64,000 nucleotides of DNA from Synergistales bacterium. Its GTDB lineage: Bacteria > Synergistota > Synergistia > Synergistales > JAFGMB01. The notes below the pieces were generated by a model. That model ran no database searches and was not told where the DNA came from. It worked only from the letters and a program-made list of their open reading frames with translations. The position numbers and the translations under genes were made by a program. Location: positions 896,001 to 960,000 of the forward strand of contig OY762654.1 in assembly GCA_963666205.1 (NCBI GenBank), read 5' to 3'. Below are positions 10,636 through 20,579 of this stretch, one piece after another. Numbering within the stretch: the first letter of the stretch is position 1; each line of letters begins with the position of its first letter.

Positions 10636-11331
10636 GTGGTGAAAATGAAAGGAATATCCATAAAAATATTGTTCATTGGGATGACCCTTTTTCTTGTTTC
10701 CTGTCTCTTCCAGATACCTCAGGCCTTTGGCGAGTCTGGAGAGTTAAGATCACTTCTTATTTCAGAAGCACCTGAAGAGGAACTGGTTTCAACCTGGGAA
10801 AAACTTTGGGAGGACATAGATACTGGAGAAAAGGCCTCTCGAGCAATATATCTCATAGAATCCCTTTTCCCCAACGGTGATGTTTCAAGATGGGAAGAAG
10901 TATCTGGATTCTGGTATCCCTCCCTTATTCCCAAATCCCTTGCAGCTCTTGACGCAGTTTACGTTCTTGCCCTCTCTCTTGCCGAAATAGGGGAACCAGA
11001 TGGGAAGGCTCTTGCTGCTGAGATCTTGAAAGATCTTTCCAGATCCCGCAAGGGAAGGATATATGCATTTATGACCGCACCTGAAGAATACCTGGTCATT
11101 CAAGATAGCTTGAAAGACATTAAGGGCCTTTCCCTCCCGGAAGGAAAGATCATTGGCAGTCTGCCCTTTGCCCATCCAGTCAGGGGAAGATATTCGGTAA
11201 CAACAGGAAACCTTACACAATATGTTTCCCTCAATGGATTTGGTCAGCCTGTTTCCACTATGGGTGCCTATGGATGGGACAGGGAAAAGGGAAGGATCTT
11301 CGCCCATATTGAAAGAGAATCGAACAGGTGA
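10636..11331 (+). CDS. Hypothetical exported protein
   Basis: Signal peptide ending QAFG; SD GGAGG; no recognised domain. Confidence 0.7.
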   Translation: MVKMKGISIKILFIGMTLFLVSCLFQIPQAFGESGELRSLLISEAPEEELVSTWEKLWEDIDTGEKASRAIYLIESLFPNGDVSRWEEVSGFWYPSLIPKSLAALDAVYVLALSLAEIGEPDGKALAAEILKDLSRSRKGRIYAFMTAPEEYLVIQDSLKDIKGLSLPEGKIIGSLPFAHPVRGRYSVTTGNLTQYVSLNGFGQPVSTMGAYGWDREKGRIFAHIERESNR

Positions 11332-11430
11332 TGAATGCGCAGTTCAGATGCTTTTCCGGACATTCCTGAATAATGGATCAGGGGGTAAGGGATTTACTGT
11401 ATCAGGACTATATTTCCCTGCACCCCCTCT

Positions 11431-12627
11431 TTGCCGGGCCTGGGGAGGTGTTCACTGATAGAAGGTGGTTTTCACAGGATTATTGTATCCTTGATCAGCG
11501 CTGTAATATTAGGCATTTTCCCCTGGGAACATTCTGCAATACCCTGGAATATTCCTCTGGAAAGTATTTCATGCTCTCAAGGGATGTTTCCCGGTGAAAT
11601 AAAAAACAAACTTAAAGATATTTCCGGTGGCCTTATATGTGGCATTATCTGGGGAATTATCGTAATAAGCACAACAGTTCCTGATCTATCGATTGTCTTA
11701 ATGTTTTTCGTTATTGTTATAAGTGGGGTTGCAGCTCCCTGGAGACATCCTGAAAATATCTTTTTTCCAGCCATGGTTTCGGGTGGCCTTCTCCTTCTGG
11801 CTCCACGGCAATCCCTGGCTATTTTACCCGTAGTACTGACTTTCAGTTTAACTCTGGGCCCCTTAATATCTATTTCAATTATCTTATTCATATCTAGTGT
11901 TCTTCTGGGGATCCTTAAAAACGGATATTCACTCTCCTTTACAATAACCTTGTTTTTTCTGGTCCTTTCCCGATCCATTGCCCTGGACATATCTTTAATA
12001 ACTGCGGAAATGCACTCTGCCAGGAATAGTCTTGAAGAACATCTGATCAGAAGAAAGATATACCGGTATTGCGGACTCGTTTTCCCATTGTTGATCTATC
12101 CGGTCTACGGACTCCCGGTTTTAAGAACAGTTCTCTTTTCAATGACAGCGGCTGCCCTTCTCCTGGAGGGAGGAAGAAGAGTCCTGCCTGGCATTAACAT
12201 AGTTCTGAGAAAGATCTTCAGCCCGGTTGGTAAGGGAGAAGAAGCCTTCCATACTTCCGGGACAACATATTATCTTACTGGTTCAGCCCTGGCATGCCTT
12301 TTCCCAGGTGGAACAGGGCCTTTATCGCTGATAATGCTCACCCTTGGGGATGCATGGGCTGTTCTGACCGGAAAACGATGGGGACAACATTACTGGATAT
12401 CAGGAAAAACCATCGAGGGCAGCCTGGGATGTCTCTTTATCTGCATATTGGCTGGTCTTTCATTTGTTCTATTTACAGGAGGAAATAACATTTCTCCCTT
12501 TTCTGTTGTAATTGGTGCCATTGCGGCAACCCTTACGGAAGCGCTCTTCAGAGGATCTCTGGATAATCTCATGATAGCTCCTTCCACAGCAGCTGTAATT
12601 TACATCTGCAATACATTTATTTTTTAG
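11431..12627 (+). CDS. Membrane protein: degenerate PlsY-like N-half + phytol/dolichol kinase-like (CTP_transf family) C-half
   Basis: C-half has RRKIYR, SGTTYY, GDAWAVLTGK, KTIEGS and DNL motifs; N-half polytopic; start uncertain. Confidence 0.7.
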   Translation: MPGLGRCSLIEGGFHRIIVSLISAVILGIFPWEHSAIPWNIPLESISCSQGMFPGEIKNKLKDISGGLICGIIWGIIVISTTVPDLSIVLMFFVIVISGVAAPWRHPENIFFPAMVSGGLLLLAPRQSLAILPVVLTFSLTLGPLISISIILFISSVLLGILKNGYSLSFTITLFFLVLSRSIALDISLITAEMHSARNSLEEHLIRRKIYRYCGLVFPLLIYPVYGLPVLRTVLFSMTAAALLLEGGRRVLPGINIVLRKIFSPVGKGEEAFHTSGTTYYLTGSALACLFPGGTGPLSLIMLTLGDAWAVLTGKRWGQHYWISGKTIEGSLGCLFICILAGLSFVLFTGGNNISPFSVVIGAIAATLTEALFRGSLDNLMIAPSTAAVIYICNTFIF

Positions 12628-12680
12628 GAGAAAAAAGGTGATCTTTGTAAAGGGCTATTTCAGAACAGGAGGGATCATGT

Positions 12681-15071
12681 ATGGAAAACTTCGAACTGAT
12701 GGGCAAATTCTACCTCGGAAAAGAAATGGATATCGAGAAGAGAAAAATCACCGATAATATACTACTTTATGATTCAAAGGATCTTACAACCCATGCAATG
12801 ATAATCGGAATGACGGGAAGCGGGAAAACAGGGCTTGGAATGGCCCTCCTTGAAGAAGCTCTTATGGACAATATACCGGTAATAGCAATTGATCCCAAGG
12901 GTGATATAACCAATCTCCTCCTCTCCTTCCCAGATCATATGACAGAGGACTATCTGCCTTGGATCAACCTGGACGAGGCTGCGTCAGAGGGTTTTTCTGC
13001 CTCTCAATATGCATCCCGGGAAGCTGAAAAATGGAAAAAAGGGCTTGCTGGATGGGGAATTGGAGGAGACAGGATAATTAAAATGAGAGAATCGGTCAAT
13101 TTCAGCATTTTTACTCCAGGAAGTGATTCGGGGATCAGTGTAAATATGCTGGGATCCTTCCGATGTCCCCCGGAAAATATAATCCATGATCATGATATTC
13201 TTATCGAAAAGGTCCAGAATACTACATCCAATCTGCTATCCCTCCTGAATATTGAATCTGACCCATTATCAGGAAAAGAAAACCTCCTTATATCAAAGAT
13301 ATTTGAACATACATGGAAAGAAGGCATGGACGCAGATCTGCCATTGATAATAAACAGGATCCAGGATCCCCCCTTCAATAAAATAGGTATAATGTCAACA
13401 GATTCTTTCTATCCTCCCAGCGAGCGTTTCAAACTTGCCATGACCATTAACCAGGTCCTGGCATCGCCTTCCTTCAGCCAGTGGATGACAGGAGTTCCAC
13501 TTGAAATGGGAAATTTATTTCATACTCCGGAAGGTAAACCCCGGGCTTCGATCTTCACAATTTCTCATCTTTCAGATAATGAGAGGATGTTCTTCATCTC
13601 CATGCTTCTGGGGGAATTGATCTCCTGGATGAGATCCAGGTCTGGAACTTCAAGCCTCAGGGCTATTGTCTATATCGATGAAGTATTCGGATACATGCCT
13701 CCCGTTAAAGAGCCGCCCTCCAAAGGTCCCCTTCTCACTCTTCTTAAACAGGCAAGAGCCTTTGGCATAGGAGTGGTTCTGTCCACTCAGAACCCTGTAG
13801 ATCTGGATTACAGAGGACTTTCAAATATAGGAACCTGGTTCATAGGAAGGCTTCAGACTCAACGTGATAAAGACCGGGTCCTTGAAGGGATGGAGAAACT
13901 TGCAGATACCGAAGAATATGACCGGCAATTTCTTGACAAGGCTATATCCGGACTGAACAGGAGAGAATTCCTTCTTAACAATATTCACGAGAATAGCCCT
14001 TCAATTTTCAGTACCCGCTGGGTCATGTCTTACCTCAGGGGACCTCTCTCAAGGGAACAGATCCGATCACTTATGAAAGACAGAAAAAAGGGATCTGAAT
14101 CGCCAGGGGACATGGTCAGAGAAGAACCATCCAGGGGAAAGAGCCTGATTAGCCCCATCAAGCCAGTTATCCCCCCTGATATAAATGAATATTTTCTTGC
14201 CCCTCCTGACGGATCAGTTTCAGTAACATACAAACCATGTCTCCTTGGAATCGCAGAAACTTGCTATTCACAATCCAGCATGGGAATTGATGAAAAAATT
14301 ACATACATCCTGGAAACAGAATCTCCCTCCAGCGGCCAGGAACCGGACTGGGGGAAAGCAGTTAACCTGGAAATGGATCCGGAAGATATCCATACAGAAG
14401 CTTTGGCTCATGCTGATTTTATGGAACTCCCCAGCACCATGGCAGAATCCCGTAATTACAGAAAATGGAAAAAGGAATTCATCAAATGGATCAGGCAGAA
14501 CAGACCTCTGGTTATATTCAGGAACAGATCATTAAAAATGATTGGACTTCCTGGAGAAAAAAAGGGGGATTTTGAAATAAGGATAGAAGAAACACTCAGG
14601 GAAAAAAGAGACCTGGATGTTGAAGATTTGAGAAAAAAATATGACAGTAAAATGAAAACCCTTCAAAAACAGCTGATAGTAGCAGAACAATCCATTGCAC
14701 GGGAAAGTGAACAGGCAAACAGCAGGAACATCGAAACTGTAATATCCTTTGGCTCAGCTCTTGCGGGAGCATTACTGGGCAGAAAAAGCATAACCACAAC
14801 TTCCACATACAGACTCGGAACAGCTCTGTCCAGGGCAGGAAGGCTTAGAAAAGAGAAAATGGATGTTGAAAGGGCCCGGGAAAGGGCCCGACTTCTACAG
14901 GAACGGATATCCGCTCTTGAAAACAGCATGTCTGAAGAAATAGAAAGATTAAAGAACAACTTGGGAAAACATAGAAACTCGACTGAAGAATACCCTATAC
15001 GTGCCAGAAACAGTGATATTAACATCAAAGTCTTTGGCCTGGCATGGATACCGCTGAAACCTGACAGATAA
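12681..15071 (+). CDS. HerA/DUF87-like P-loop ATPase with C-terminal coiled coil
   Basis: Walker A GMTGSGKT, IDPKGD, Walker B YIDE, KQARAFG and STQNP. Confidence 0.85.
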   Translation: MENFELMGKFYLGKEMDIEKRKITDNILLYDSKDLTTHAMIIGMTGSGKTGLGMALLEEALMDNIPVIAIDPKGDITNLLLSFPDHMTEDYLPWINLDEAASEGFSASQYASREAEKWKKGLAGWGIGGDRIIKMRESVNFSIFTPGSDSGISVNMLGSFRCPPENIIHDHDILIEKVQNTTSNLLSLLNIESDPLSGKENLLISKIFEHTWKEGMDADLPLIINRIQDPPFNKIGIMSTDSFYPPSERFKLAMTINQVLASPSFSQWMTGVPLEMGNLFHTPEGKPRASIFTISHLSDNERMFFISMLLGELISWMRSRSGTSSLRAIVYIDEVFGYMPPVKEPPSKGPLLTLLKQARAFGIGVVLSTQNPVDLDYRGLSNIGTWFIGRLQTQRDKDRVLEGMEKLADTEEYDRQFLDKAISGLNRREFLLNNIHENSPSIFSTRWVMSYLRGPLSREQIRSLMKDRKKGSESPGDMVREEPSRGKSLISPIKPVIPPDINEYFLAPPDGSVSVTYKPCLLGIAETCYSQSSMGIDEKITYILETESPSSGQEPDWGKAVNLEMDPEDIHTEALAHADFMELPSTMAESRNYRKWKKEFIKWIRQNRPLVIFRNRSLKMIGLPGEKKGDFEIRIEETLREKRDLDVEDLRKKYDSKMKTLQKQLIVAEQSIARESEQANSRNIETVISFGSALAGALLGRKSITTTSTYRLGTALSRAGRLRKEKMDVERARERARLLQERISALENSMSEEIERLKNNLGKHRNSTEEYPIRARNSDINIKVFGLAWIPLKPDR

Positions 15072-15127
15072 AGGGATCGGAAACCGGCTCCCTTCTGTCG
15101 AGGACAGGAATTCAGCAATATTGTTTC

Positions 15128-15156
15128 TTGACATGAAATAAGAAAAAGATTAGTAT
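15128..15156 (+). promoter_or_regulatory. Sigma70-type promoter
   Basis: TTGACA-17 nt-TAGTAT. Confidence 0.7.
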
Positions 15157-15194
15157 TTTGAACACTGCGAAAATTTATTCAAGGAGGGATCACA

Positions 15195-15287
15195 ATGGCA
15201 AAGAATTTCACTGGACTATATGTGTATTTCATATATTTTATTATTTTTGCCTCCTGCGGATCCCCTCCTGGTTTGATCGGTAGTTAA
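15195..15287 (+). CDS. Putative attenuator leader peptide MAKNFTGLYVYFIYFIIFASCGSPPGLIGS
   Basis: AAGGAGG SD at 15181-15187; codons 8-18 are all Phe/Tyr/Ile/Leu/Val; followed by a terminator. Confidence 0.75.
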   Translation: MAKNFTGLYVYFIYFIIFASCGSPPGLIGS

Positions 15288-15306
15288 CGCTATTGTACAG
15301 ATTCAG

Positions 15307-15339
15307 GGCCGGGTTCCGAAAGGGAACCCGGCCTTTTTT
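15307..15339 (+). terminator. Attenuator intrinsic terminator
   Basis: GGCCGGGTTCC-GAAAG-GGAACCCGGCC (11-bp stem) + T6, upstream of the permease start. Confidence 0.85.
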
Positions 15340-15433
15340 ATATCCTTTGATCCAAAAGGAGGTGCTAGCTATCCGGGAATAATTTCGGACAACGGGATTC
15401 AATAAAGGACGTCATTCATTTCCAGTCAGAAAG

Positions 15434-16609
15434 GTGGAGAATCATATGGAAGATAAGAAGAAAACAGGCGGTTTTTCGTGGTTCATGGGTTCAAGCTGGT
15501 ACAAGAAATATCTTTTACCCGGTTTTATAGCTCAATCTGTAGTTGTAGCAGGAGGTTACGGAACAGGGAGAGAACTGGTCGAATACTTTGCCAATTACGG
15601 CCCCCTAGGCGGCCTTATGGGAATGTTCCTCATAACCATCGTTCTCTGGGCCCTGGTCTTCGGTGTCAGTTACGAATTTGCCAGGACCTTTCAGGCCTAT
15701 GACTACCGATCATTTTTCAAGGCTCTCCTGGGACCCGGATGGGTCCTGTATGAGATCTGCTACATCGTTCTACTCCTCCTGGTCCTTGGAGTTGTAGCAG
15801 CAACATCAGGAGCAATATTCCTGGAATCCTTCGGGATGCCCTTCATGGCAGGAGCAGGTCTTTTCCTGATAGGTATTGCAGTCCTTACCTACTGGGGAAC
15901 AAGTGCCCTGGAAGTTGTAATGTCCTGGTGGTCATACCTTCTTTACGCAGTTTTCCTGGCCTTTCTCCTTGTAGGCCTTTCAAAGGTCGGAGGTTCCATA
16001 TCCAGCACACTCAGCCTTGGCGAAGTAAAACCGGGATGGGCTATGGGCGGATTCAAATACGCCTTCTACAATCTTGGGACTTTCCCGGCCGTCCTTTTCA
16101 GCCTTAATTTCATAAAAAGCCGCAGGGAAGCTATTATTTCAGGTATCTGCACTGCCATTATTACCATGCTTCCCGGATTTTTCGTTTACCTTGTAACCAT
16201 AGGTTTCTACCCTGATATTTTATCGGTTGATGTCCCTTCATACTACATCCTCCGGGAGATCAGCCCCTGGCTTCTTCCGATCTTCCTTGTTGTCCTATTC
16301 GGCACAATGATAGAAACCGGAGCAGGATTTATCCACGCCGTAAATGAAAGGATCAATTCTGTCCTCGTCGAAAAAAATAACAGGGGACTTTCAAAAATGC
16401 AGAGGGGTATTCTTGGAGGTGTTATGGCATCCATGGGACTGGGCGTAGCTTCATACGGTCTTATTGGACTTATAGCAAAGGGCTATGGTACCATCAGCTG
16501 GGGTTTCTTTATCCTTCATGGTGTAGCCCTCTTTACAATTGGAATTTATAAAATGCATAAAAGGAAGACCTCACAAGAAAGTGAACCTGCCTATTCAACA
16601 GAAGGATAG
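15434..16609 (+). CDS. YkvI-like membrane permease (probable amino-acid transporter)
   Basis: VVAGGYGTGRELVEYF motif; about 10-11 TM helices. Confidence 0.8.
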   Translation: MENHMEDKKKTGGFSWFMGSSWYKKYLLPGFIAQSVVVAGGYGTGRELVEYFANYGPLGGLMGMFLITIVLWALVFGVSYEFARTFQAYDYRSFFKALLGPGWVLYEICYIVLLLLVLGVVAATSGAIFLESFGMPFMAGAGLFLIGIAVLTYWGTSALEVVMSWWSYLLYAVFLAFLLVGLSKVGGSISSTLSLGEVKPGWAMGGFKYAFYNLGTFPAVLFSLNFIKSRREAIISGICTAIITMLPGFFVYLVTIGFYPDILSVDVPSYYILREISPWLLPIFLVVLFGTMIETGAGFIHAVNERINSVLVEKNNRGLSKMQRGILGGVMASMGLGVASYGLIGLIAKGYGTISWGFFILHGVALFTIGIYKMHKRKTSQESEPAYSTEG

Positions 16610-16675
16610 ATGAACAAGGGTCAGGATGCAGGGAATCATTGAGGCATCCTGACCCTTTTCATACTTCAATAGGGA

Positions 16676-18076
16676 GTGATAATGGTGAAGTTCCAGGGAA
16701 TAGAGAAATATACGACGAAGAATATCAGAAAGAATCTCGAAACTGCTCTTATGGACGAAGAATACATCCCAAGGGGCTCTTCCATCAAGTATTATCCTCT
16801 TGCAGTGGAAAGAGCAGAAGGATCACTCGTCTGGGACAGGGACGGCAACAGGTATATTGATTTTCTCACCAGTGCAGCTGTCTATAATATCGGGCATTGC
16901 CATCCCCGGGTTGTAAAAGCTGTTAAGGATCAGGCAGACAAGGTATTCAACTACATAACAGGCTATTTCTACCAGGAAAATCCAGCCCGACTGGCAAAAC
17001 TGCTGTCGGAAATCACTCCAGGAAACTTTAAAAAAAAGGTAACCTTCGGTTTTTCAGGTTCGGATGCTAACGATTCAGCAATGAAGGCTGCCCGCGCCTA
17101 TACCGGGAAAAAATACATACTTTCCTTCAAGGAATCCTATCATGGAACCACCTATGGTTCTCTTGCCATTACCGGAATTATCGATGAAAGCACAAAAGAA
17201 TGTGTATATCCCCTCGATGGGGTGGGTTTTGTTGAATTCCCGGACCCCCTGAGAAATTCCTGGGGAATTGACGGGTACAGGGAACCCGAGATCCTTTCAG
17301 AAAAAGCACTTCAGGCGATCAGATCCAGGATCGACGAATTACAGGGAGACGTTGCAGGGATAATCCTTGAACCTATCCAGGGAGACTGTGGAGCTGTCAT
17401 TCCTCCGTCAGGCTTTATGAAGGACCTTAAACTTCTTTGTGAAGAAAAGGGGATCCTTTTCATTTCAGAGGAGATACAGTCCGGGATGGGAAGAACGGGA
17501 AAGATGTGGGCTATAGAACTTTTCGATGTGGAACCTGACATAATAGTTGCAGGAAAAGCTCTGGGCGGAGGATTACCCATATCGGCAGTAATAGGAAAAA
17601 CTGAAATAATGGACAGTGTCCCTCCCCCACTCTTCTGTTTTACTCACCTTGGACATGCACTGAATACAGGAGCGGCTATAGAGACAATAGGAGTTACTCT
17701 GGATGAGGATCTGATGCAGCAGGCCCTGGACAACGGAGAATATCTTAAAGCCGGATTTGATTCCATGGCCCAACGCTTCGACATCATAGGAGATATCAGA
17801 TACAGGGGACTGCTGTTTGGTGTTGATATTGTCAGAAAAGGGACAGAAAAAGACCCGGACAGGGATATCGCTCTAAAGATATGCTGGAGAGCCTGGGAAA
17901 AGGGTCTTATCATGATAACCTTCGGCAAACATGGGAACGTCCTCAGGATCGCACCTCCGCTGAATATAGGTAAGGACCTTCTTGATGAGGCCCTCAGGAT
18001 AATTGAAGAATCCATCGTTGACGTTCTGGATGGAAGGGTATCCGATGAAGCAATAAGATATTTGCAGGGCTGGTAG
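16676..18076 (+). CDS. Class III PLP enzyme, probable amino-acid racemase (Ile 2-epimerase/BAR-like, GABA-AT fold)
   Basis: [21 protein letters not shown] (Asp), QSGMGRTG and GKALGGG motifs. Confidence 0.75.
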   Translation: MIMVKFQGIEKYTTKNIRKNLETALMDEEYIPRGSSIKYYPLAVERAEGSLVWDRDGNRYIDFLTSAAVYNIGHCHPRVVKAVKDQADKVFNYITGYFYQENPARLAKLLSEITPGNFKKKVTFGFSGSDANDSAMKAARAYTGKKYILSFKESYHGTTYGSLAITGIIDESTKECVYPLDGVGFVEFPDPLRNSWGIDGYREPEILSEKALQAIRSRIDELQGDVAGIILEPIQGDCGAVIPPSGFMKDLKLLCEEKGILFISEEIQSGMGRTGKMWAIELFDVEPDIIVAGKALGGGLPISAVIGKTEIMDSVPPPLFCFTHLGHALNTGAAIETIGVTLDEDLMQQALDNGEYLKAGFDSMAQRFDIIGDIRYRGLLFGVDIVRKGTEKDPDRDIALKICWRAWEKGLIMITFGKHGNVLRIAPPLNIGKDLLDEALRIIEESIVDVLDGRVSDEAIRYLQGW

Positions 18077-18160
18077 GTAAAAGATAGCCCGGAGACACTG
18101 TCATAAAACGATGTTTCCGGGCCTGAATAGTTTTATCCTGTAACTGCAGGAAACAAACCT

Positions 18161-18880
18161 TTATCTCGAAAAGCTTATAGCCTTCCTGGGGCAGGAATCT
18201 ATACAGTTTCCGCAGAATATACATTCCGGGTCGTACATTGATCCTTTCTGAACCATATCCATCACATCAATGCTCATGGGACAGTTTCTGCTGCATATCC
18301 CGCAATTCACGCATTTGTCTTTGTCTGCAGATAAACGCAGTACCGGCAGACCTGCTTTCCTTGAAATATTCCAGCCTACGACCATAAAAGGCGCAAGCAT
18401 GCATATATAATGACAGAAAGCTCTTTTCCCCAGAATAAATGAAAGACACAGAATAAAGCCCATAGCTCCATAGTAAAGGATATATGCAGAAGGATCGGCA
18501 AGGGATACCCCGAATCTTGTCCTGTAAAACAGATCAAGGGAAGTGAATCCTCCTGCCCCTGTAGCGAAAAGGACTAGCATAATCAACCAGGGAGCCCAGA
18601 TCAGGTATTTTATCCAGTTAAGCCTACCCCCCCTGGCAGGTGCATTATTAACATGAAATGCCCATTCCTGAAAGGCTCCTGCAGGACAGGCCCATCCGCA
18701 GAAAGCCCTGCCCTGGAAAAGAGAAAACAGAAAAAGAAAAAACAGAAAAACGAGACTACCTGTTACTATGCCTTTCTTTGCTCCCTGTATTATAAGAATT
18801 GGCGAAAGGTAGAACATTGTTACAGGGAGAAATAGAAAGGAAATAATAAGAATAGCTTTCCGGATCTCCTGCCGTTTCAT
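18161..18880 (-). CDS. Membrane 4Fe-4S binding protein (NapH/polyferredoxin-like)
   Basis: CGWACP in the membrane part; two CxxCxxCxxxCP motifs. Confidence 0.85.
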   Translation of the reverse strand: MKRQEIRKAILIISFLFLPVTMFYLSPILIIQGAKKGIVTGSLVFLFFLFLFSLFQGRAFCGWACPAGAFQEWAFHVNNAPARGGRLNWIKYLIWAPWLIMLVLFATGAGGFTSLDLFYRTRFGVSLADPSAYILYYGAMGFILCLSFILGKRAFCHYICMLAPFMVVGWNISRKAGLPVLRLSADKDKCVNCGICSRNCPMSIDVMDMVQKGSMYDPECIFCGNCIDSCPRKAISFSR

Positions 18881-19046
18881 ATGCTTTTCCTCCTGGTCTA
18901 ACCTGTCATTAATCAGGCAGTTCCTTAAATGTTAAGTTATTCCCGGATTATCCATTTTCGGTTATCTGGAATGATACAATATTTTCTTTCATGATAAACT
19001 TGGTTAGCCCAAATCACAATAACTTTTACGAAGGGACGGCATAGCA

Positions 19047-19505
19047 TTGGAATATTACAGAAATAAACAAAAAGGAAGAACTGCCCTCATGATACTCAGC
19101 TTTCCCATGACTGTTATCATTGTCCTTTTCACCAGAGGTGTTTCCAGGGGGCATCCTATTTCATCACTTTGGCAGATCCTTGCAGCGGGGCTTATCATGG
19201 GATTCTTCATGTTTCTTCTGAGCTGGATGGAAATCAGCGTGATCGATGACAGGATAGAGATTGTTCTGGGACCGGGATTATACCGGAAAAAACTTGATAT
19301 CAGGAACATACAGGAACTGACCGTGACCAGGATCCCATGGTACGCTACCGGGATTAAGAAAATCAGGAATGGATGGCTTGTAGGAGTTGATTCCTCTCCA
19401 GGAATACGCATAGAGTTTAAGGATGGGAAATGCCTGGTTCTTGGAACTGAGGATGTGGAAAGGCTTATGGCTGTACTCGAAGAAAGGATGGGATCCCTGG
19501 CATAA
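19047..19505 (+). CDS. Hypothetical membrane protein (2 TM + bacterial PH-like domain)
   Basis: Two TM helices then a beta-rich domain ending LVLGTEDVERL. Confidence 0.65.
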   Translation: MEYYRNKQKGRTALMILSFPMTVIIVLFTRGVSRGHPISSLWQILAAGLIMGFFMFLLSWMEISVIDDRIEIVLGPGLYRKKLDIRNIQELTVTRIPWYATGIKKIRNGWLVGVDSSPGIRIEFKDGKCLVLGTEDVERLMAVLEERMGSLA

Positions 19506-19588
19506 ACCGGGGACATGTCCTTCATAAATCAGTCTTTTATAGAGTACAGCTAAAAAATATTTACCAGGGACAGGCGGAAAAGATTAAA

Positions 19589-20353
19589 CTAGCCAAAGTT
19601 TTTCCATGTAGTCCTGAGCCGGGCAAGTTCTTTTTTGTCAGACTCTCGGGATATCCTGTGGAGAAAGACCGGATCAGGAACCGATTCTGTCATGGCTGTC
19701 TGACACAGGACCCGATCTCCATAGAGAGCCTGATCCTGATAATTTATCTCGATCCTGTAAGGACGATAATACTGATATTTCCCCATCATATCCATATTTT
19801 TGCCCCACTGGGGAATGGTTTCGATAGCCCACTCCGGATAAATTGCGTTGTTTACGTGCCGATTTGCATCCAGATCATGGAGTCTGACTTTGAATGTGAT
19901 CTCTGATTCAGATTCCGTAAGAGATGGAATGTTCCGGAAATCGTCTCTTATTTCGTTTTCTCCTCTGAGTATTTCAATAAAGGGCGTCCTGTTCAGACGT
20001 ACAGGGTTACCCTTTGCAAGATCGACCATCAGCCAGCAAGTATTGGCTTCAAAGAGCATTTGCCCTTCCTCATCCCGGACTTCCAGCATCCTCAGTTCAT
20101 AGAGATTCCTCTGCATCCAGGGCCACGTACGAATACTAATGGTCTCTCCCTGGAGGGGATATCGGTTTATTTTCAATCCATATTTATAGAGGATCCATGC
20201 ATAACCATGACTTTGAAGCTGCCCGGCTGATATACCCAGACTCAGGGCATGCTCATCCGCTGCATCCTGAAGGTAGTGGAAAATATTGACAATTTTAATC
20301 CTCTGTGAGGCTCCACATTCAGAATATCTGATCTGATAATCTCTATAATACAT
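19589..20353 (-). CDS. Acyl-ACP thioesterase
   Basis: LQDAADEHA and DLDANRHVNN hot-dog motifs. Confidence 0.9.
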   Translation of the reverse strand: MYYRDYQIRYSECGASQRIKIVNIFHYLQDAADEHALSLGISAGQLQSHGYAWILYKYGLKINRYPLQGETISIRTWPWMQRNLYELRMLEVRDEEGQMLFEANTCWLMVDLAKGNPVRLNRTPFIEILRGENEIRDDFRNIPSLTESESEITFKVRLHDLDANRHVNNAIYPEWAIETIPQWGKNMDMMGKYQYYRPYRIEINYQDQALYGDRVLCQTAMTESVPDPVFLHRISRESDKKELARLRTTWKNFG

Positions 20354-20579
20354 ATTATTCCTCCATGAAAGAGATTTATACTTAAGAACATCCATATTAT
20401 TTTAGGGTCTGAAAAAAAGAAGACAACCCCTATATAATATCAGGACAATTTGGAATACTTTCAAAGGGAGGTTATACTACTCCATATCCATTTCTGATTC
20501 TGTTACATTCAGTAAAATTAGGGATAACGCTTTTCATAAAGCGGGAAATCATTAATATTGCATTGGGGAGGCAGATCCG

